Assembly (NCBI GenBank): GCA_049523455.1
Contig: JBEKMW010000006.1
Location: 5,731-69,730, forward strand
DNA from: Verrucomicrobiota bacterium
Lineage (GTDB): Bacteria > Verrucomicrobiota > Verrucomicrobiia > Limisphaerales > UBA11358
Direction: 5' to 3'
Length of the DNA: 64,000 nucleotides
Below, one piece after another: positions 58,538-64,000 of this stretch. The translations under genes and the position numbers were made by a program. Within the stretch, counting starts at the first letter, position 1. Every line of letters begins with the position of its first letter. The notes below the pieces were generated by a model. That model did not search any database, had not been told where the DNA came from, and was given only the letters and a program-made list of their open reading frames with translations.

Positions 58538-59788
58538 ATGTACGAGAACCTGATGGAACAAGTGGTCAGCCGCGAAAACGCCACCGCCGCCTGGCTGGCG
58601 GTCAAACGCAACAGAGGGGCGGCAGGCATAGACCGGATGACCACCGGAGAACTGCGCGAGCATATTCGAGCGCATTGGGAAAACATCCAAGCCAAGCTGC
58701 TGGCCGGGACGTATGTGCCCAGCCCGGTGCGGCGAGTGGAGATACCCAAACCCAACGGAGGGGCACGGATGCTGGGCATTCCGACGGTGCAGGATCGGTG
58801 GATACAGCAAATGCTCTTGCAGGCGCTGCAACCCATATTCGACCCGGCCTTCAGCGAGCACAGCTACGGATTCCGACCGGGCAGGGGGGCGCAGGACGCG
58901 GTACGCGCGGCACAGAACCACATCAAGGAAGGCAAAGACTGGGTGGTGGACATGGACATCACCAAGTTCTTTGACCGGGTGAACCACGACATCCTAATGA
59001 ACCGCATCGGCCAAACGATACGGGACAAGAGAGTGTTGAGGCTCATCGGCAACTACCTGCGAGCCGGAGCGATGATTGAAGGAGTAGTAGTGGCCAGCGA
59101 AGAAGGCACTCCACAAGGAGGGCCGCTCTCGCCGTTGCTGGCCAACCTCTATCTGGATGCGCTGGACAGGGAACTGGAAGGGCGCGGACTGGCATTCAGC
59201 CGCTACGCCGACGACTGCAACATCTATGTGGGCAGCCGCCGTGCCGCGGAACGGGTGCTGGAGAACATCACACAATGGATCAAAGGAGAACTGCGATTGG
59301 AAGTCAACGCGAACAAGAGTGGAGTGGGGCGGCCTTGGGAACGGAAATTCCTTGGGTTTCGCATCAACCGGGAAGGCCGGATTGAGGCAGCCCCGCAAAG
59401 TGTGGAGCGAATGAAAGACAAAGTGAGGGAAATGTGGCGAAGCTGCCAGAGTCTGAACAGTGCGCAACTGCGCGACCGCTGGCGCGCCTATATCCGAGGC
59501 TGGTGGGCCTATTACGGTCTGGCCGAGGAATGCCGCAACCTCTTCGACATCGAGTCATGGATTCGACGCCACATCCGCTGTTGCTTCTGGCAACGATGGC
59601 ACAGCAGTCGCGGACGACTGCGCCACCTGCGTCAGTTGGGCATTCGGCGCCGACTGTTACAAGCGGCTCGCAGCTCCAAAGGGGCATGGGCAATGGCGAG
59701 GAATGGAGTGATGCACAAAGCACTGAACAACCAAACGCTCAAACGGTACGGGTTCGTGATGCCATCAGACCTTGCGGTCGCAGTATGA
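58538..59788 (+). CDS. ltrA: Group II intron-encoded reverse transcriptase/maturase
   Basis: RNRGAAGIDRMT, GIPTVQDRWIQQMLLQAL, FSEHSYGFRPGRGAQDAV, SPLLANLYLDALD, FSRYADDCNIYV, maturase region, no HNH domain. Confidence 0.95.
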   Translation: MYENLMEQVVSRENATAAWLAVKRNRGAAGIDRMTTGELREHIRAHWENIQAKLLAGTYVPSPVRRVEIPKPNGGARMLGIPTVQDRWIQQMLLQALQPIFDPAFSEHSYGFRPGRGAQDAVRAAQNHIKEGKDWVVDMDITKFFDRVNHDILMNRIGQTIRDKRVLRLIGNYLRAGAMIEGVVVASEEGTPQGGPLSPLLANLYLDALDRELEGRGLAFSRYADDCNIYVGSRRAAERVLENITQWIKGELRLEVNANKSGVGRPWERKFLGFRINREGRIEAAPQSVERMKDKVREMWRSCQSLNSAQLRDRWRAYIRGWWAYYGLAEECRNLFDIESWIRRHIRCCFWQRWHSSRGRLRHLRQLGIRRRLLQAARSSKGAWAMARNGVMHKALNNQTLKRYGFVMPSDLAVAV

Positions 59789-59800
59789 CCGCTGCGTTCA

Positions 59801-59834
59801 ACCGCCGTATGCGGAAAACCACACGTACGGTGGT
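59801..59834 (+). ncRNA. Group II intron domain V
   Basis: ACCGCCGTATGCGGAAAACCACACGTACGGTGGT: 34-nt hairpin, lower 9-bp stem ACCGCCGTA/TACGGTGGT with one G-U. Confidence 0.85.
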
Positions 59835-59984
59835 GTGGGAGGGTGCCGGGGCCCAATCCTCGTCACCCGACCCAATCACCGCAAATTAGGTCACTACCGA
59901 ACGTCTGCCACTGCCCGGATTTCGGTGGGGCGCGTCACTCCGTGCGCGCCGTTGCCCCGTCTTGGCGGCCGGCAGGTCCCGCGC

Positions 59985-60653
59985 CTACGGAATCACCAGA
60001 CGAAATGTTGAAACGCTGGTGCCGTTCGTCGCATTGACGGCCGCTGCATCTAAGCCCGCAGTCGTCATTTGCTGTACTGAACCATCCGCCATGCTGATGT
60101 TGCTGACGCGTCCGTGAATTTCATCCGTCCATCCCAGCGAATTGGTGCTGGAAACGGTCACAATGCCCGGCTTGACCGGAACGCCATCGAGCGTCAGATT
60201 CCGGTCGCCATCCATAATCATGTTCGGAAAATTCTCGGAGGCGTCCGGGTTGAGGAAGTAGCTGATGTTCGCGTCGCCAAATCCGGTGGCAAAACTCGTT
60301 GCTTGAACGCGCTTGATATCCGCCGGGCAATGGAGAACCTTCGGCGTACCCAGTTCATTGGACATGGTCTGCCACAAGAGATAGGCGTTACCGTTCCCAA
60401 CTAGTCTCATTGTCTCGTTGTTGGTCAGGATCATCGTCATTGGATATTTGTCACCGTTATCTCCCTCCCAAACCCTAAAGGCCGTGGTGATTTCATGAAG
60501 GTTGTTGACGCAATTGATTCTGGCGTTTTTTCGCTTTGCCGCAGAAAGTGCGGGCAAAAGCATCGCAGCTAGAACGGCCATTGCTACCAGTACGACCAAT
60601 AATTCAAGACTATTGAAGGCTTGGATGCGGCCTTTGTTCGATCGGGTTTTCAT
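59985..60653 (-). CDS. Type II secretion/pseudopilin-like protein (DUF1559-like layout)
   Basis: IQAFNSLELLVVLVAMAVLAAMLLPALSAAKRKNARINCVNNLHEI; C-terminal TADGSVQ-like SMADGSVQQM. Confidence 0.85.
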   Translation of the reverse strand: MKTRSNKGRIQAFNSLELLVVLVAMAVLAAMLLPALSAAKRKNARINCVNNLHEITTAFRVWEGDNGDKYPMTMILTNNETMRLVGNGNAYLLWQTMSNELGTPKVLHCPADIKRVQATSFATGFGDANISYFLNPDASENFPNMIMDGDRNLTLDGVPVKPGIVTVSSTNSLGWTDEIHGRVSNISMADGSVQQMTTAGLDAAAVNATNGTSVSTFRLVIP

Positions 60654-60670
60654 AAGGCGGGTTTAAACAT

Positions 60671-60688
60671 AAGCATGGCCAATGCCAA
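60671..60688 (-). promoter_or_regulatory. Candidate sigma54-like -24/-12 element
   Basis: Minus strand TTGGCATTGGCCATGCTT: GG-N10-GC spacing, ends 18 nt before the pseudopilin ATG. Confidence 0.45.
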
Positions 60689-60869
60689 GCGGTTTTGTGC
60701 GGGATTTTGCGCTGGGGCGTGGCGGGCGCGCAACATTTTCACGCAAAACCGCGTGAAAATTTTCCGCCCGGCGACGTAGCGGCGTCTTGGCAGAGCGCCG
60801 CCAATTCTGAAGATGGAAGAGTGCTGCTTTCTGCCGAAAGCCGCTACGATTGGTTGGCAAGTCCCGCGA

Positions 60870-61559
60870 CTATGGAATCACCAGACGAAGCGTGTTGGTG
60901 GCTCCATTGCCCGCATCAAGGATGGCCGAATTCACACCGCCCGACGCATATGCGTTCACTGAACCATCGGCCGTGCCGATGTTTCCCACGCCGTCGTGCC
61001 GCTCTTTCGTCCACGCGAGAGAACCGCTCGTAGGCCGATTCAGAATTCCCGGTTTAACGCGAATCCCATTCACAGCCAGATCGTCGTCTCCATCGAGAAT
61101 TTGATCCGGCCGGCTAAGCGAATGATCCCCCTGGACCGGTTGATTCATAGAATGGTCCCAAACATCCATATTGAAGAAATAGCTGATGTTCGCGTCACTG
61201 AAACCGGTGATAAAATCCGTGGCTGCCGTGCGCCCGGTGTCAGCCGGACAGTAAAGAAATTTGGGCGCGCTGAGTCCATTGGACAGTGCCTGCCACCAAA
61301 CATAGGCCTTCCCGCTGCCGAGCAACTTCAGCGTCTCACTGTTGGTCAGCGCAGATTCTGTTGAGTCTCCGATATATGCGCTCAGGGCAACACCAATCTG
61401 ATGAAGATTATTGGCGCAGACGCTGATTTGTTCTCTGTGCTTCGCTCGAACGAACGCGCCAGGCAACACGATTGCCACCAATGATGCGATCGCAATGATA
61501 ACTGCCAGTTCAGTGCGGGTGAATGCTTGCAAACAACCTGAGGCTGATTGGGTTTTCAT
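60870..61559 (-). CDS. Type II secretion/pseudopilin-like protein, paralog of neighbour
   Basis: LQAFTRTELAVIIAIASLVAIVLPGAFVRAKHREQISVCANNLHQIG...GTADGSVNAYASGGVN...NTLRLVIP. Confidence 0.85.
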   Translation of the reverse strand: MKTQSASGCLQAFTRTELAVIIAIASLVAIVLPGAFVRAKHREQISVCANNLHQIGVALSAYIGDSTESALTNSETLKLLGSGKAYVWWQALSNGLSAPKFLYCPADTGRTAATDFITGFSDANISYFFNMDVWDHSMNQPVQGDHSLSRPDQILDGDDDLAVNGIRVKPGILNRPTSGSLAWTKERHDGVGNIGTADGSVNAYASGGVNSAILDAGNGATNTLRLVIP

Positions 61560-61576
61560 AAGCCTGATTTAAATAC

Positions 61577-61594
61577 AAGCATCGCCAATGCCAA
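61577..61594 (-). promoter_or_regulatory. Candidate sigma54-like -24/-12 element
   Basis: Minus strand TTGGCATTGGCGATGCTT: GG-N10-GC; identical 18-nt spacing to ATG as at the paralog. Confidence 0.45.
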
Positions 61595-61826
61595 GCGGAA
61601 TTATGCGCCACGCGGGCGCACACCATGTGGGCCTACGCGCACTTTGGACTGCGTCGGCAAAGCGCAGCGGCGACGGCGTTTTCGGAGGCCACGACACCCG
61701 CATCTGCCTCGCGCGGTTTCCCAAAAGCGGTGTCGCGCTTCGCTTGCCACCGCAGTCCATGACGCTTTGGGTTATCGTTCCGCCAACGATTCCATTTACC
61801 CATTACAAACGTCGAAGAACCTGAAA

Positions 61827-62213
61827 CTACCGTTCGTCGGATTCCTCGTCGGCGGGCGCGCCGGAACGCCAGCGGCCTTTTTGCCAGACATACACGTTGC
61901 CCTGCTGCACCCACTTGCCCGGAAGCCAGATGTCGCCCGGATGCGGCCGTGGCCGCCAATGGCCCTGCACCCAGACCCATTGGCCGCGCCAGGCCCAGTG
62001 GCCGGGAATGAAGTACCATAACGTCCGCGGACCGGGCGGGCTGGGAATCACGTCCTTTTGATTATCCGGCGGCGCCTGGGTTGGCTGGCCGGCATAGGTG
62101 GTGTCCGCGGTCGCAACTTGCGGACCGACGTTGGTTGGCGGAGGCGACGCGCAGCCCGCGATGAGTAGCATGGCGGCGGTTGCGGCCAGCATTTCGATGG
62201 TAATAGGTCGCAT
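61827..62213 (-). CDS. YXWGXW-type lipoprotein
   Basis: MLAATAAMLLIAGCASPP lipobox; LWYFIPGHWAWRGQWVWVQGHWRPRPHPGDIWLPGKWVQQGNVYVWQKGRW. Confidence 0.7.
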   Translation of the reverse strand: MRPITIEMLAATAAMLLIAGCASPPPTNVGPQVATADTTYAGQPTQAPPDNQKDVIPSPPGPRTLWYFIPGHWAWRGQWVWVQGHWRPRPHPGDIWLPGKWVQQGNVYVWQKGRWRSGAPADEESDER

Positions 62214-62310
62214 ATTATTCCTTAATGCCCCAATATCCGCGCTTTTTCCGAATTTGCAACGGATTAAAAGGCCCGGTATTGGGCCAATATGGTTTGAAAT
62301 TCCGCCTTCA

Positions 62311-62390
62311 GTAGGGTAGGCGAAGTGGGCAGAGGCGGATTGCACTGACTGTAGTTGTCAGTGCCGCATTGACCACTTCGCCTACTCTAC
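62311..62390. repeat. Nested palindromic intergenic element
   Basis: GTAGGGTAGGCGAAGTGG (62311-62328) vs CCACTTCGCCTACTCTAC (62373-62390), 17/18 complementary, with inner GCACTGAC/GTCAGTGC hairpin. Confidence 0.85.
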
Positions 62391-62454
62391 TTCCGGCGGA
62401 CCGCGTAAACGCGGAACTCCAAACGTTTTGCGAAAAGGCGCACCAATAAAAGCT

Positions 62455-62488
62455 GATAGCCACCGGCAGGTTCATGCCGGTGGCTATC
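62455..62488 (-). terminator. Intrinsic-terminator-like hairpin downstream of YXWGXW lipoprotein
   Basis: GATAGCCACCGGCA/TGCCGGTGGCTATC perfect 14-bp arms, 6-nt loop, followed on minus strand by AGCTTTTATT. Confidence 0.6.
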
Positions 62489-62504
62489 TGCCATGCAGAA
62501 AGGT

Positions 62505-62879
62505 TCAACGCCAGTAACCCTCGACCCAAACGCGCCGGTGGCCGTGCCAGCCCCATCCGCCGGCAACCCATATCGCGCCAGGATGTGGACGGTGCGCCCA
62601 GCGGCCGCCGACCCACACCCAGTGTCCACGCCATACCCATGCGCCCGGGACCCAGAACCAAACGGCGTCCGGTCCGGGAGGAGCGGGCTGGACTTCCACC
62701 TGCACCGGCGGCGGAGCCGGCGCCTCCTCCACCACTGCGCTGGGCGGCGGGCCCGGCGGGGGCGCGGCGGTTACGGGCGGGGGTGGCGGCGGGGGTGGCG
62801 GACTTTGGGCCACACAGCCCGCGAGCATCGGCAGGCCGGTGGCGATAATCAAACCTTTCATCAGAACTGATCTTTTCAT
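62505..62879 (-). CDS. YXWGXW-type lipoprotein, proline-rich
   Basis: MKGLIIATGLPMLAGCVAQSPPPPPPPPP; VWVGGRWAHRPHPGAIWVAGGWGWHGHRRVWVEGYWR. Confidence 0.7.
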   Translation of the reverse strand: MKRSVLMKGLIIATGLPMLAGCVAQSPPPPPPPPPVTAAPPPGPPPSAVVEEAPAPPPVQVEVQPAPPGPDAVWFWVPGAWVWRGHWVWVGGRWAHRPHPGAIWVAGGWGWHGHRRVWVEGYWR

Positions 62880-62983
62880 AGTTGTTTCCTCAGACGTTTA
62901 TCTCACAACTACAGTTACAGTAAGTTTCCACGCTCCTTGCACGGTTTTGGCCGGAAACATAATTTTGACCAGTATTATGGTTT

Positions 62984-64000
62984 CTACGCGGCCTCCGCCC
63001 GTCGCACCGGCGCGTGGCGGACGCGTTTGAACAACAGGATGAGCGGCAGGCAGCACAGCACGAGCAGCCCGAAGACGCGGAAGGTGTCCACGAACGCCCA
63101 CAAATGGGCCTGCTGGTTGAGCAGGTTGTAAATCAGCCCGTATGCCTGGCCCGTGGCCGTAACCGGGTCGCTGTGCCGGGCGAGGAACGCCTGGCTGGCG
63201 TGGAGGCGATGCACGAAGACGGGGTCCGACGGCGTCAAATATCCGACCATCAGCGCCTGGTGCGCCTGGGCGCCGCGGGCGACGAGGGTGGTGACCAGCG
63301 CGATGCCGACGCTGCCGCCGAGGTTAAGCACGAGATTGTAAAGGCCCGTGCCGCTCCCGATTTCCTGCTGGCGCAACTGGCTCATCGTCGCCGTCGTCAG
63401 GGGCACGAAGATGAAACTGGTGGCCACGCCGTTCAACACGGTCGGGAAAACAACGCTGGCCATGCTCACCTGGAGATTGATTCCGCTCAAGAGGTATAAC
63501 GACAGGCTCAACAGCGAGAAGCCAATGAACAAGAGCACGCGGGTCCGAATTTTGCCGACGAGGCGTCCGACGAAGAAGGTGGTCAGAAAAGCCGCCACCC
63601 CACGCGGGCTCATGGTTAACCCGCTTTGCAGCGCCGGATAGCCCATCAGCGTTTGCAAGAACAACGGTAACTCGGCCGTGGTGCCGTACAGGATGATGCC
63701 GATGACGGTCATCAACATCAGCCCGGTGGCAAAGTTCCGGCTGCGCAAAATCCGCAGGTTCACCAGCGGATGTTCCACCCGGAATTCCCACACGACGAAT
63801 GAAACGAAGGCGACCAACGAGATGACGACGAACCACCGAATCCACACCGCGCCCAGCCAGTCGGCTTCCTGGCCCTTGTCCAACACGACTTGCAGTGCGG
63901 CCAGCCAGAGGGCGAGCAGGCCAAAGCCGACAAAATCAATCGCCGCCTTCATGTTGCGTTTGATGTAAGGCGGATCCTCGATCAGCCATTGCGCCAGGAA
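62984..64000 (-). CDS. MFS transporter, DHA2/EmrB-like, partial (N-terminus beyond right window edge)
   Basis: Frame remains open to the window end (FLAQWLIEDPPYIKRNMKAAIDFVGFGLLALWLAALQVVLDKG...); GIGTLPLLTATSFIFVPL-like FIFVPLTTATMSQLRQQEIGSGTGLYNLVLNLGGSVGIA. Confidence 0.88.
   Translation of the reverse strand, partial: FLAQWLIEDPPYIKRNMKAAIDFVGFGLLALWLAALQVVLDKGQEADWLGAVWIRWFVVISLVAFVSFVVWEFRVEHPLVNLRILRSRNFATGLMLMTVIGIILYGTTAELPLFLQTLMGYPALQSGLTMSPRGVAAFLTTFFVGRLVGKIRTRVLLFIGFSLLSLSLYLLSGINLQVSMASVVFPTVLNGVATSFIFVPLTTATMSQLRQQEIGSGTGLYNLVLNLGGSVGIALVTTLVARGAQAHQALMVGYLTPSDPVFVHRLHASQAFLARHSDPVTATGQAYGLIYNLLNQQAHLWAFVDTFRVFGLLVLCCLPLILLFKRVRHAPVRRAEAA

Larger units (their letters stand above)
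58001..59871 (+). mobile_element. Group II intron, bacterial class C-like
   Basis: GTGTGC 5' end after a hairpin flank, structured 5' RNA region, LtrA-type ORF, domain V-like hairpin 59801-59834 and terminal ...CACCCGAC; boundaries inferred. Confidence 0.75.

Noticed and set aside
58538-59788. Reverse transcriptase considered as a retron or diversity-generating retroelement
   Set aside because: Full LtrA-type RT-maturase with group II domain V downstream and intron-like ends; no msr/msd, template/variable repeat or effector gene seen.
62455-62488. Perfect hairpin considered as a CRISPR or mobile element end
   Set aside because: Single copy with T-rich tail on the minus strand just after a stop codon; a terminator explains it adequately.
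1-64000. tRNA, rRNA and CRISPR arrays
   Set aside because: No cloverleaf-like sequence, rRNA segment or regularly spaced repeat was recognised by eye; a tRNAscan-SE, barrnap and CRISPR finder run would be needed to confirm absence.

Overview
This 64 kb window looks like chromosomal DNA from a Verrucomicrobia-like (PVC) bacterium; that taxonomic call is inference from gene content and repeat style. Main modules: (1) part of a polysaccharide flippase at the left edge, a dienelactone-hydrolase-family gene and rsmD; (2) obg-rpmA-rplU and fusA-rpsG-rpsL on the minus strand; (3) a MocA-like oxidoreductase plus lpxB; (4) a roughly 18 kb surface-polysaccharide locus (about 10.4-28 kb) with glycosyltransferases, methyltransferases, an O-antigen-ligase-like protein and a flippase; (5) rmuC, ridA, an ABC-2 permease and the hopanoid-type radical SAM pair hpnJ/hpnH; (6) two toxin-antitoxin modules (PIN/AbrB-like and Phd/ParE-like); (7) mreBCD-mrdA-rodA-rng; (8) a MoxR/DUF58/transglutaminase-type operon; (9) a class-C-like group II intron (about 58001-59871) with maturase and a recognisable domain V; (10) two pseudopilin-like paralogs sharing a sigma54-like upstream motif, two YXWGXW-type lipoproteins and a partial DHA2-type MFS transporter. 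The strongest less-explained signal is non-coding. Several intergenic elements consist of inverted pairs of short hairpin units whose flanks and linkers are conserved while the arms change with compensating substitutions (8532-8697, 36569-36728, 14571-14642, 57707-58000). The group II intron sits in the edge of one such element. A separate modular 130-310 bp repeat occurs four times between genes of the polysaccharide locus. No CRISPR array, rRNA or tRNA was recognised by eye.
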